DNA of 64,000 nt from Octopus vulgaris (GCA_951406725.2 OX597830.1:42036001-42100000); one strand, 5' to 3'. Shown: positions 11,707 to 23,690, counted from the stretch's first letter. Program-made: numbers and translations. Notes: generated from the letters alone by a model not told the origin.

Positions 11707-13443
11707 ACATAGCTGTCACAGTTGTTTAGCCTTGGATCAACCCTGACTGAGTAGACCTATGATCAAAGCCATTTTAGCTGTAAATATCCTGTTTCTTTAA
11801 AGGTACAATTAAGGACCACATCAGCTAGTGACTGTTTCTCTTATTTAACCCTTTATCATTTAAACTGGTCATATACACTGGTAAGTTGTGATGAGGGAGA
11901 CCTAGCTACTCTTTCTAGTACACAGTTGCTACTTCTGTTTGGCGGATAGTAGTAGGGGTACGGAGGAACAGTTTCAAAGGTTATAATCAGGTCATTGGTA
12001 AACTAGAACACTGCCTCGATGATAATCAAGAATCAAAGCTAATAAATAATACATTACTTATTATTCAGTAGACTGCAAAACAATGGAAGAAAATTCCTCT
12101 TATTTCCAGCACAACTATTTTCTTTTGAAGAATGGATATCTAAAATTAATGCAACACCTGCTTAGCAGAACTGCAGCAGCAGTAGTAGTAGCAGTAGTAG
12201 TAGTAGTAGCAGCAGCAGCAGTGATGATGGTGGGAGTAGTGGTGGTGGTGGTGGTAATTGTAGATACTGTTAGCCCCAAGTTAGTCTTTGAATAAACAGA
12301 CCTATGACTAAGAGTATTCCAGCCATGACCATTCCATCTTATGCCAAACACTGTCTACCCTGACTAAGTTACCCAATTCTCTCTCTCTTCTTTTAAATTT
12401 CTATTTGCATTAGGCTTCATTTTGTAACAAATTTTAGCTGTTATTTCTAGCAAGTTGAAAGATCAAGTGGGGGTTCCTGCATTGGCTTATGGTAATTCGA
12501 GTGGCTGTAGTTCTTAAGTAAAACTATGGTATTAGTTTTATAATATGCTCTGAACTTACAACTGTAGGGTGTATAGCTTCGTGGTTAACTCTACTATCAC
12601 TCAGGTGAATTTGGTCCATTGAAAGTCAAGTGTCCTTATTATAGACACAATAGGAAGAAATGTCACCGATATAGTGGTACAAGAGTTCCATAATCTATTG
12701 AAGTTGCTGGAATAACAGTGAAAACTTCACCCAGTCACTTGGTTACTTCACGTGTGTTTAGGTCAAGAGATGATGAATTGAGACATGCAATGGACTTTGT
12801 CAGGAATCTCCCTACATTATCTTATTACAAATTAGCTTATCTATAAGCATTTACCTATAATCAAAATACATGTTTACATGTTAAATGACACCCCAATTAC
12901 AAAATTATGAAGAAAGTAAAATTTTAACATACCAGGCTTTTAAAGGCTGGCCCATCATTGACCTGGGTCAACCCAGCACTCCCACTCTCTCTCTCTCTAA
13001 GGTTATGTATTCACATCATTTTAAATTAACCATGCATTATTTCATAGCTTTGAGATTTCGATGACGTGGTTGTTTATTTATAAAGTGACACTGTAGGATA
13101 GGTGTAAAAGGCCAGATCTGGCCAGTTTGAGCATAAAACAGGTTGATTATTTGGGCCATTGGACTGGAAGTAAAATAAGGAATCACCTAAGCTCCAGGGA
13201 GCTTTTAAAGGAATGGAACTAAATTCCAATTTATTAAAATTAAACAGAAACTTCCCCTTGAATTTGATAAATGTCAGTCACAAGTAGCATTCACAGATGA
13301 TCTGAATATATATGTACATACATATATATATATATAATTAAGAGCAATAATTCTGAAACTAGTCTCTGAATGCTGGCTTTGCTGGGTGGAGGTGCTTAAT
13401 CTCCTCTGTTTGAAAACTTAAGGATACAGAAAGCTTTTGTCAC

Positions 13444-13535
13444 ATAGCCAACTGGAAACGATGTTTCCTGGGGCTAAATAACAGTAGCATTCTTCCCTTT
13501 CCTGCGGCTGCCACATTAAGTTGGCAACAAACCAT
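13444..13535 (+). repeat. diverged solo copy of one arm of the 21221-21631 fold-back element
   Basis: ATAGCCAACTGGAAACGATGTTTCCTGGGGCTAAATAACAG...GTTGGCAAC aligns with 21528-21612. Confidence 0.75.
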
Positions 13536-13854
13536 CATTATATATATAAAAAGCCATAAATTCATATGGTAAACATATATATAGTCAGGATTTAGCTAAA
13601 CCACCCAGCGATGGAGTAGTTACTATTGATGAGTTTGTAATTTTCAAAAAAAACTATAATATAATGATCTCACTCATTGTGGGGCAGTTATCTCCCCTGT
13701 CAGTATATAAAATGTGCTTCCTGTAGCTGTAAGGGCTTTTTAGCTCTTATTTCTAGCAATGTAGGTATTACCCAGCATCCTCAATCACAACTAGTGACAA
13801 TTGAATTTTTCCTTTTGGTTTTATATTGCATACAGCCAAAGCTCCTGGCTTTAA

Positions 13855-14940
13855 CCCTTTCGATACCAAACTGCCCAAAACCGCCCGAAAAAATTTTTGG
13901 TTAATGTGACCAAACTGCCCAAAGCCGCCCGAATTTACCTATTCATATTTAAATGAGAATATCAGAGCAAATCTCTTTAGTACATTCGTGAAAACACGTA
14001 TTATACTCCGTAAACAGTTCAGCTACAGTTTTGTACAAAAATCGAAGTGTAATTTTAATTCCGTGAATTTTGGGAGATTTTTTTCTGAAATTTGTTCCTA
14101 TTGTGTTTTCAAAATTTGTAATTCTGACAAAAAATGGATACAAATTTCATTATATCAAGCAGCGAGTCAGAATTCGAAGGATTTTCTAGTGAAGACCTTC
14201 ATAACTCTAACTCTATGACTGAAAAAAAAAGCACGTAGTATTTGATAATGAATCTGATGTTTCATTTTCCGAAAGTGAAAACAGTGAATCCGAGATCTCC
14301 GACAGCGATAAAGAAAATGAATTGGCACCTGAATGGAGTGAAAATTTAAAAACTGTTTCTTTCGGTGATATTTCTGAAGAAACTGGACCAAGCCACAGAC
14401 TTTCCCAGGAGAGTAAAGCCTTAGACTATTTCTTTTTACTTTTTCGATTGAGCCTATTTGAAATCATTACGGCGGAAACGAACCGTTACGCTAAATGTAA
14501 ACAAAACGAAAGAAAGGATACTTTGTGGTTTCTCACAACCTTAAATGAAATTAAGGCTTATTTTGCCATAAATATTATTATGGGTATCAGAAAGTTACCC
14601 AGAATAACAAATTCTATCATAAAATTTTGTTGTATACCCAATTGAATATTAGCTAATAACCCATTTTCTATAGCGATGTTTGAACAAAATTTTAATAATT
14701 TTATATTTTGTTGAATTTACCTGTATCTACCTGCAATTAGAGTCACTTTGTGACAAAAACTATAGTATAAAATTGGTTGAGAACATTTCATTAAATTATC
14801 TTCCAAAATTCATGTTAATATATTGATAAATAAAAAAGTTATAGTTGTTTAATGAAACCAGACTAAATTTATGATTATGTTAGAAATTAATTGAAACACA
14901 TAAGGGGTGTATTTTGGTCAGAAATATAGTAATGAAAGGG
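13855..14940 (+). mobile_element. internally deleted piggyBac DNA transposon
   Basis: TTAA at 13851-13854 and 14941-14944. TIRs CCCTTTCGATACC / AGTAATGAAAGGG. Subterminal direct repeat CCAAACTGCCCAAA(A/G)CCGCCCGAA occurs twice. Transposase N-terminus inside. Confidence 0.92.
14134..14645 (+). pseudogene. piggyBac (PGBD4-like) transposase N-terminal fragment
   Basis: ATG 14134 MDTNFIISSSESEFEGFSSED (acidic N-terminus), frameshift near 14221-14240, then DYFFLLF...IITAETNRYA...WFLTTLNEIKAYFAINIIMGIRKLP, the typical piggyBac ETNRYA / W..T..E.KA...MG...LP pattern. Truncated before the catalytic DDD domain. Confidence 0.85.
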
Positions 14941-15124
14941 TTAAGGGTATCATGAAAGGCCTGGTTGAAAGCCTAACCTTTGAGGTTCTTTCTTAGGGCT
15001 TAGAAAAACTAAAGGGCTGCTGCAATAACTGAATAAGAGGGAAATATGTCAAATAAAATCGTAATTAACTAATCCTCTTGTATCTTCATTTACCCAAAAC
15101 CAAGAACTTTTCAGCACTCCTTCG
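14941..15124 (-). mobile_element. mariner-type MITE (right part), split by the piggyBac insertion
   Basis: Reverse complement of the MITE at 55586-55806. Ends GAACTTTTCAGCACTCCTTCG. Left remnant AAAGCTCCTGGCT at about 13838-13850. Confidence 0.75.
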
Positions 15125-15159
15125 TGTGTGTGTGTGTATTCATTCCCATGTTCTCTTTC

Positions 15160-15198
<39 letters not shown>

Positions 15199-15335
15199 CA
15201 TTTTATGGCTAAATCAAATGATGAGTGCCGATGACTTTCACAAGACCTTAGAGGCTGGTGGACAGTAATTATTGGCTTAATTGCTTTCAATAAAGTGTAT
15301 TCTGCTGGAGGCACCCAAAGATCAAGTGGTGGGTA

Positions 15336-15549
15336 TTAACCATTTAACATTTAAACTGGTCATATCCAACCCAAATATTCTACCTGTTTAATGTTCTGGC
15401 CTCTTACACCTACTCTACAATGCTATTCTAAAAATAAACAATTACATCATTGAAATAACAAAGCTACCAGGTAATGTATGACTAATTTAAAACAATGTGA
15501 ATAAATTAGCATTAATTTTGGTTGAATAAGCTGAATGCTAAAGAGTTAA
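15336..15549 (-). mobile_element. TTAA-flanked MITE family H
   Basis: TTAA at both ends (15336, 15546). Reverse complement of the 11491 copy. Confidence 0.8.
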
Positions 15550-15863
15550 ATTCAATGACATATTGAGCCTATCATACAAGAACTAAAAGTAGTCCTTTTG
15601 ATGGGTATTTTTTTTTATGGCCAAGTTTCAACCCAGGCTGCAGCAACAAAAGTCCACCTGCCACATTTCTCACAAGTCCTGGATAAATCTGAGACACAGC
15701 CTCAATCAACCAAATTTAACCTCATAAGGCTTTGGCTAGCATGAAGTTCTGCTTGAAGACACTTCCCTAAGGTGCCCTGCATTAGGATCAAATTCTAAAC
15801 TAGTTGTCAAGCAAAATTCTTAACCTCACTGCCATACTTGTGCCCTAATATGTCCATTATTGA

Positions 15864-16050
15864 AGGTGGTGGACTGGCAGAATCATTAGCATGCTTTATG
15901 CTTTAAGTTCAAATTCCACCAAGGCCAACACTCTTTGCCTTTCATCCTTTTGGGGATCAATAACATAAGTACCAGTTGAATACTGGGGCCGATATAATTG
16001 ACTTGCCTCCGCTACTGAAATAGCTGGTCTTGTGCCAAAATTTGAAATTA
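15864..16050 (+). mobile_element. SINE family B
   Basis: GGTGGTGGACTGGCAGAATCATTAGC...GTTCAAATTCC (B-box-like)...GCCTTTCATCCTTTTGGGG...CTTGTGCCAAAATTTGAAA. Confidence 0.8.
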
Positions 16051-16176
16051 ATATTTCCATTGTTGAGCAATTGTTTTCATAGTTTGATGCTTTTCTCTTT
16101 ACTGCTAACTACTAAAATGTGAAGTATACATAGAGGAGACGGTGTTTTTGTTCAGCCTAGTAAAGCAGAGTCTAGT

Positions 16177-16565
16177 ATACACATTATTTACAATGGATGG
16201 ATAGGTGTCCTGACCTTGTTTGTTGTTGCCACAACATTTCGGCTGATGTACTCTCCAGCCTTCATCAGGTGTCCCGCTGCAATTTCGAACCCAACCCTTT
16301 ATAAGTGGTTAAGAGCGCGAACTACTAACCCCAAAATTCTGGGTTTAATCCCAGTCAGTGACTTGAATGAATGATAATAATAACATGAGCAGAAAAAAAC
16401 CCAAAAAAACTCAGGAATGGGAACAGAGTACTCCATTAGACAAATAAAGGGTTGGCTTCAAAATTCCACCAGGACTGAAATGTGATAACAACAAACAAGG
16501 TGAGGACATCTATCCATCCAATGTAAATAATGTACATAATTCCTCATCTCTAAAATATAGAACAG
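16177..16565. mobile_element. fold-back element: inverted Penelope-like terminal repeats around a tRNA-like head
   Basis: Arms 16177-16301 and 16444-16538 are reverse complements, and the right arm lacks the ribozyme core. Centre 16302-16362 AGTGGTTAAGAGCGCG...GGGTTTAATCCC is tRNA-like. Confidence 0.7.
16229..16273 (-). ncRNA. minimal type-I hammerhead ribozyme motif (slightly degenerate)
   Basis: Minus strand reads CAC-CUGAUGA-A-GGCUG(GAGAGUACAU)CAGCC-GAAA-U-GUU-GUG. Core boxes are intact, stem II is 5 bp, stem I is 3 bp, and GAAAU-GU is a likely CpG-decayed GAAAC-GU. Confidence 0.6.
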
Positions 16566-17680
16566 TGTCAAGTATAGAGAAGCCCTGCTCCAAAGATCAT
16601 CAGACTAATAAGTATGAAGTCACTTATCAACACATTCCGACTTCTAACTCACAGACATGTTTCTCTATCTCCTCACTTTTACCTTTTCTACATGTACTAC
16701 AATGGCCTCCCTCCCTGGAGCTGGTTGACCTCATATTGTCTCCACTCATGTACTCTTGACTTAATCAGTTATTTTTCTTCTCTTACTTGGATTGTACTCA
16801 CATGCCATTCCACTGAAATTATCAACCAGCTTAAGTTTTTGCTGTAGCCATCAGAGAGATTGATTCATAACAATGCAAGAGGAACATCGACCCCTGTCGA
16901 TCTCACCGGTTTCAAGACAAAGTTCCAAGGCCATAAGCATAGAAACAAACCAATTAAAAAAGGGTGGAGATGGGAGGAGGGGGGACTTCATAATGACAGT
17001 TAATAGATCTGAACTCATGACCTAGTGGTTGGTAGACCAGCGTCTTAACTGCACATCCAGTGTGTCTTGTTATTATAAATATACAAATATAAGTCAGAGT
17101 TTACAAAAGACAAAAAAAAAAGAAAAATGAAGAATTAGGAAAGGATAAAGCCTAAGGAAGAAACTAGTGGTGGTCTGCATTGGTTGGCAAAAGAAACGGA
17201 ACAAAAACCAAAAAGAAAAAAAGAACAGAGCCAATAAGATTTGCAAATATGAATAAATTTGTGTGCATGAAATGTGAGTAGAACTGAGAGGGGGAGAGGG
17301 AGGGAAGGAGATGGAGAGAGAAAGGGGGAAAGGAGAAAGGGAGAGAGATTGGGAAGGACATTAGGCACCTCACCCACACATAAACTTATCTATGTTTCCT
17401 AAAATTAAGAATATCAAAAAAATAAAAAAAATTAGATGCCATGTAACTGTATTAGACTTGATGTGTGTGTGGGGAGGTGATCGGGTAATGTGTGTGTGTG
17501 TGTGTTCATGTGCATTTTTATTTCATTTTAGAATAAAATAATAAATTAAATCCAATCCAACTTTTGACAACATAATGAAGCTAACAGCTGTTAAAACATA
17601 TGTAATTGTAATTATTGATCAGTGAAGTGATCAAGCCTAGTTATCTAGCTGGCGTAATCTACTAGTGTTGAGTATTTCTC

Positions 17681-17716
<36 letters not shown>

Positions 17717-18034
17717 GGGAGAGAGAGAGAATGAGAGTGAAAGTGTAAGTGAGCAAGAGGTGAAGAGAGAGAGGGAATGTGGAAGAATGTGTTAGAGACA
17801 GAGTGTGTGTATATGTAAATAGTGGGATGTGTGGCAGAAAGAGTTAAGCGTGAGCGTGAAATTGTGTGCGTAGGAAGAATGTGCGCATATGAGAGACAAG
17901 GGATACATGCTTATATGGAAGGGCGGGAGAGAAAGAGAGGGAGCAGTAGAACATGAGCTTGAGAGGGTGTCTATGGGTGTGTGTATGTATTTATGTATGT
18001 GTTTTGTGTACATATACATGTATCATCATCATCA

Positions 18035-18385
18035 TTATTATCAGCATCATTTAGCCTCCGCTTTCCATGCTGGCACGGGTTGAATGGTTTGACAGAACTG
18101 GTAAGCCAGGGAGCTGCACCAGGTTCCAATCTGATCTGGCATGGTTTCTATGGTTGGATGCCCTTCCTAACGCCAATATATTTGTATGTCATTCATTCAA
18201 CAATTTCAAAGAGCTTCACTTTTTAACATAGCTGCAGGCACTGGCATCAGAAAGGGTAACCAGCCATAGAAACCTTGATAAAACGGACACTGGAGACTAA
18301 TGCAGCCCTCAGGCTAGCTAGAACTTGTTGAACTGTCCAACCCATGCCAGCATGGAACCAGGCATTAAATGATGATGATGATGAA
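18035..18385. mobile_element. two SINE family D 3' parts in inverted orientation
   Basis: 18035-18176 (-) and 18240-18385 (+), with (CAT)n and (GAT)n outer ends. Confidence 0.8.
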
Positions 18386-18416
18386 GCATATTACAAAACA
18401 TTTCATCAGTTTAAAC

Positions 18417-18938
18417 CAGGGGTGGGGAAACCTTTTAGTGTGGCGGGCAAAAATTTCCAAAGAAAAAGGTCCACAGGTGGGTCACAAGTTTTAACTCTTA
18501 TATCTGTGTAAATCTTGTATACACCTATTCGATATATGTTAATACAGATAAGTTTAACGCATTAAATTAATGCACAACATCTTCATTAACACTGCCACTG
18601 AATTTAGGATGTTTATATTACTTATGCGGTATTCTATATTTTTCAGCTAGAGTGTAGTTGGGTCTCAAGGGGGTGGTACAAACATAACAATGTGTTTTAT
18701 AGTGATAACAAAATTTTCATTCAAATTGCAATTATTGGATGATTTCAGTTCGAGTCAGACCATTTTAAGTCAAAGCGGAAACATGACCTGTATCACAAAT
18801 AGACATATGGATATTGCATAAATTTTGTCATTGAAAAAATTACTATATTTTGTACATACAAGTATATCAGCCTGTGAGCACAATAAAATGGGCTCGCGAG
18901 CACAATTATGCCCATGGGTGGGGTTTTCCCTACCCTTG
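18417..18938. mobile_element. hAT-type non-autonomous element
   Basis: TIRs CAGGGGTGGGGAAACC / GGTTTTCCCTACCCTTG. Perfect 8-bp TSD GTTTAAAC at 18409-18416 and 18939-18946. Confidence 0.9.
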
Positions 18939-19210
18939 GTTTAAACAGTTGAAGTTACCTGAGACTATCGTTCTTATTTCTTTATTGCCCACAAGGGGCT
19001 AAACATAGAGGGAACAAACAACAATAGACAAAAGGATTAAGTCGATTACATTGACCCCAGTGCATAACTGGTACTTATTGGAATGCAGAATTGCACTCCC
19101 GATTAGCCCTATCACCTCTTCAGGTTCAAATTCTTGAAAGGGGGTTAACCTCTTGATGATCTAATGAGTAATGATAGAAGAGACTTCTAAGAACTAAAGA
19201 TTAAAAAATA

Positions 19211-19548
19211 AAGGGGTAAAGACCCCCTTCGGTTGTGAATGACCATGGGATAGCACCAAGAAAGTTACCAGAGCACAAGTTTGGGCAAAGTTGTTTATGG
19301 AAAACCAGCAGTTGCCATGCATACCAGCCTCCCCTCTCCACCGATGTTATCCAAGGGAAAGACAAAGGCTGATACAGCTTGGCACCGGTGATGTTGCAAC
19401 TTATTTCTACAGCTGAGTGAACTGAAGCAACGTGAAATAAAGTGTGTTACTCAAGAACACAACACACAGTCCAGTCCAGTCCAGGAATCAAACTCACAAC
19501 CTCATGATTGTGAGTCTGACACCCTAACTACTGAGCCAAGCATCTTCA
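19211..19548 (-). mobile_element. tRNA-derived SINE family E
   Basis: Minus strand: TGGCTCAGTAGTTAGGG (A box)...GAGTTTGATTCC (B box)...TGTTCTTGAGTAACACACTT...CAGTTCACTCAGCTG. Confidence 0.75.
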
Positions 19549-21220
19549 CAAAAAGAACTAAAGAGTATTTTAGGGATAAAATCATTTCTCTGTAACCCCC
19601 CTCACACACACACACACACATACACACTCCTAAAAAAATGTGTATGCTTTCTTTGATTAAAAGAACAGTTGCTTGATGGAGATTTGGTCTTGTAAAGCAA
19701 CAGAGAATGGAAAGTGAGGAAAGGTGTGAAAGAATATGCTGCATATAAAAAATAGAAATATTTTATTCGCCTTTTGTTTTTTGTGTGCATAACTACAAAC
19801 AAACTGAACAAATACAGAGATACCCAATTTGTTTTTGGTGGGTATTTTGATATGCTGGTGCCTCAGTTATTATTCAGATTGATTGATGACTTGAATGTTT
19901 GCTTTGGTGTCTCAGAAACTACTGAAGCTAGGAAGTCCAAGTGTTTTATCAATGATTAATAAGTATATTAAGAAGCAAAAATGTTATTTATTTATTCTTG
20001 TGTTCTAGAATTTTACCTTTTCTTTTAGCAAATTACTTGGATATATGCTGTGTAAGCCATGAGCTACATGAAAAATGAACTACAATAGAAATATGTAAGT
20101 TCATATTCATGTTTACATACCCTCCTCCCTACATCTAAATATTTCTGTCAGACAGTGGTAGCTACAGTGATCACATTAGTAGAAAAATGTTTTCCTGTGG
20201 TTTTCTTCCATATCAAACTTTTAGCTTTATCATGGGTTGTATCTCTCTTCTAAATTGAGAAACAGAATGGATAAAATGAATACTGAATGAAGCTCTGAAA
20301 TTGTCCTTTGTTTTATTTTAATATTTTTACAGCATTTACTTCACAGAAACAAAGAGGAAGTGGCTTTGGTGAAAGTAATTGTTTTTGAAAGGGCAGTTTG
20401 CATGCCCTTTCAACTGCTAACCACTCAACTGTGAAGAAAAAAAAATCTAACTTGTTTTGTGAGTTTGGCAAACTTGAGACAATAAGAATTATGAGCTTCA
20501 ACTAGAAAATCCAAGACAATGGCTGTACTAAGGGTGAAATCAATTCATGACTATGATTAAGTTCTAGTGACAAAAGCTAGCAGAATGACACATATGTGTG
20601 TGATGTCTCTAAAGTCTCAAACTGCTTTGTTTACTTCTTCATGGTACAGTTATAACTGTGGACTTAAAATGTTTTCTCCACCCTTTGGGCATGTGTCTGG
20701 AGGGACTAAATGTCTTGTGAGAGGAATTTTATAAATAGAGACTGTGCAGAAGATTGGTAAATATGTATTTGTGTGAGTGTGTTGCTTTTGTTAATGTATA
20801 TTGGTGAGAGATATAGAACATCATTGAGAAAGGTGATGAAGTGGTGCTTTCAAATAAAAATCCCTCGAGGTTATCATGTCTGCTCAACTTGTACAGATGT
20901 TCCCTAGTTACCTGTATCATGATAAATGCAGCAAATCAGTAATTGGCTCCTTGGAAATCGATGACCAATGTATAGTTACCATATATGCAGGCATACAAGA
21001 TGCACTCTCACATAAGACACACCCTTCTTTTACAAGTATATTTTGTGGGGTAAAAACATACATTTACAGAAAAATAATTTGAAGTATTTTTGTCCAGGGA
21101 AAATATATGACTCTGCACATGTAAGTACAATATTATGACAGTTTACAATACTGAAATCATAAATGGAGTACATTATGGGAGTACTGCATGTGAACTCCAT
21201 CTTCTTTCAGATCAATTGTA

Positions 21221-21631
21221 TACTTTGTAGTAAAGATTGTTTGCCAACATAACATGGTAGTCCTGGTTTAGGATGAATGTTGCTGTAATTTAGCCCCAGG
21301 AGACATTGTCTCCAGCTGGCTATACGACACGATCTGTGTTCTTATATTTTCAAACAAGGGAATCTAGCACCCCCACTCAGCTCAAAACAATAACTGTGTA
21401 TCCCGATTTCTGGGTTATTTCTCTTCATCAGTACAGAAAAACTGCTCAGCTAGAGGTGGCGCTGTTTTGAGCTGAGAGGGGGTGCTAGATTCCCTTGTTC
21501 GAAAATATAAGGACACAGATCATGTCATATAGCCAGCTGGAGATGATGTCTCCTGGGGCTAAATTACAGCAACATTACTCATAAACCAGGACTGCCATGT
21601 TATGTTGGCAACCAATCTTTACTACAAAGTA
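21221..21631. repeat. long inverted repeat, 169-bp arms, 73-bp loop with hammerhead relic
   Basis: 21221-21389 (TACTTTGTAGTAAAGATTG...CTCAAAACA) pairs with 21463-21631 (TGTTTTGAG...CTTTACTACAAAGTA). The loop on the minus strand reads CTGTA-CTGATGA-AGAGAAATAACCCA-GAAA-TCGGGATACAC. Confidence 0.92.
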
Positions 21632-22289
21632 CTGTTGCTGAATATCTCACACTGTGAGATTTAAAAATAGTAATTTTCTAATTGTATACTTGTTTGTATT
21701 TTGGTCAAGAGAATTGCAATACAGGATGTAAAACAAGTATTTCTGGCTGTGATGCATTGGGTCACTGTGATCAGCCAAATGGATAGCACACCACCATTAT
21801 GTTTTTGTTGTCATCCACTCATTGTAAACAGCTGATTGGCAGATGACAGTAAACCACGTCTTTCATACCTCATCAAAATGTTAATGTCCACTTTCTAGGC
21901 TTAAAGCACTGCTGGCTTGTCCTATCACCAACCTTCACTAGTTTCCATACAAGTTGATATCTCTCCATGGCCAAACATGTTTTTCAGAAAAGATTGAAAA
22001 TGGACAACACCACATGTATGATATCACATGACATCAATACAAGGACCCTTCACACTCACACACACAAAGGGGTCACTTTTTCACAGTAGACTGCAGTGGG
22101 ATTGAACCTGAAACAATACGGTTGGTAAGCAAGCCTCTTAATCACACAACCATGCTTCTGCCTATAACATTATTACAGAATAAAACGAGAAAGGTGAGCT
22201 ATAATATTACTTCTACATCGAAAGATGTCCTCTTTCCTCTTCCAAATAAAAATCTGAAGGAATTGAAATTAAACCTTAAAAGAAGCCGG

Positions 22290-22660
22290 ATCCTCAACCT
22301 TGAGGTCTTGGGTTCAGTCCCACTGTGTGACACCTTGGGCAAGTCTCTTCCACTACAGCTGTGGGTCAACCAAAGCCTTTTGAGTGGATCTGGTAAATGG
22401 AAACTGAAAGAGGCCCATCATGAGTGTGCGTGTGTCTCTATCTCTTTCTCTCTGTTTGTCCAAAAACATTGCTTGACAACAGATGTTGGTTTGTTTACGT
22501 CTCTGTATCTAAGCAGTTTGGTAGAAAGAGACCAAGGCTGACAGGATACGTACAGGACTTTACAAAAATAAGTCCTGGGGTTGATTTGTTTGACTAAAAA
22601 CCCCTCAAGCTAGTGCCCCAGCATGGCCACAATCCACTGACTGAAACAGGTAAAAGATAA
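22290..22660 (+). mobile_element. SINE family A
   Basis: GGTTCAGTCCCACTGTGTGACACCTTGGGCAAGT...GCATGGCC...CTGAAACAGGTAAAAG. Confidence 0.85.
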
Positions 22661-23124
22661 ATTATTCAATATACCAAAGAGGTACTTAAAAAAAACAAAC
22701 CCCAAAAAACCATGGCTTTTAATCGTCTCTTTTCTTTGGGTAGAAAGTGGGGGGGGGGGCAGAGGGAAACAAAATTTCAAATGTACATCAAACCAGTGAA
22801 GTAGTAACCAATATTAGAACTGTGTAGCTAAAATAGACAATATGTTCAAAGTAATAATGTTTATGAATATACCTAACAAATATCAAACAGCAGTAAGCAG
22901 CAGTTTTATTAATTCTATAATAGTTTGGCAGTAGTGGTGGTGGTGGGGGAGGACATAGCAGATTTGTCAATAGCTGTACATCAGTTACCTCCCTTCGTAA
23001 AAATCAAACTCGGAGAAAAGCACTAATTTCTCTCCATTCAAAATTTAAGTCGTAAATGAATGTGTGTGTGGGTGGGAGGTGGGGAGGGGGTGTTTGTACG
23101 CGCGTGCACATGAATGTGCGTATT

Positions 23125-23335
23125 TTAATTGTTTCAGTCACTGGAATGAGGCCATGCTGGAGCACTGCCTTGAAGGGATTAGTCGAACAAATCAGTTTCA
23201 GGACTTATTTTCTAAGCTCCGTACTTATTCTATCAGTATCTTTTTACCAAACTGCTAGGTTACAGGGATGTAAAAAAAGAAGGAAAAAAATCCAATGCCA
23301 TTTGCCAAGTGGTCCGGAGGAGGGCAAACACACTG

Positions 23336-23379
<44 letters not shown>

Positions 23380-23492
23380 GCCTGCTCGCTTAGCCAGTGG
23401 GGTGGTGTCATTCAAAGGCTAAAACCATGCGAACGCATTGTGACCAGCGATGTGTAACAACATCTGATGGTCTGGTCGGTCACGTGATCACA

Positions 23493-23534
<42 letters not shown>

Positions 23535-23690
23535 ATGATGAGCTCCTTTCAGTTTCCGTCTACCAAATCCACTCATAAGTCTTTGATTAGCCCAGGGCTA
23601 CAGTAGAAGAGACCTGCCCAAGATGCCTTGCAGCGGGACTGAACCCAAGACCACATGATTGAGAAACATGCTACTCAACCACAAAGCCCT
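23125..23690 (-). mobile_element. SINE family A interrupted in its (TA)n by a short insertion
   Basis: Tail half 23125-23340 and head half 23535-23690 flank (TA)n-insert-(TA)n. Confidence 0.8.
23375..23497 (+). mobile_element. short element embedded in (TA)n
   Basis: CpG-containing 120-bp insert ending TCTGGTCGGTCACGTGATCACATGA(TA)n. A related end is reversed at 48213-48245. Confidence 0.6.

Noticed and set aside
12173-12256. Poly-A/V hydrophobic ORF 12083-12295 as a membrane peptide
   Set aside because: Compound (GCA)/(GTA)/(GTG) trinucleotide repeat abutting a decayed interspersed repeat.
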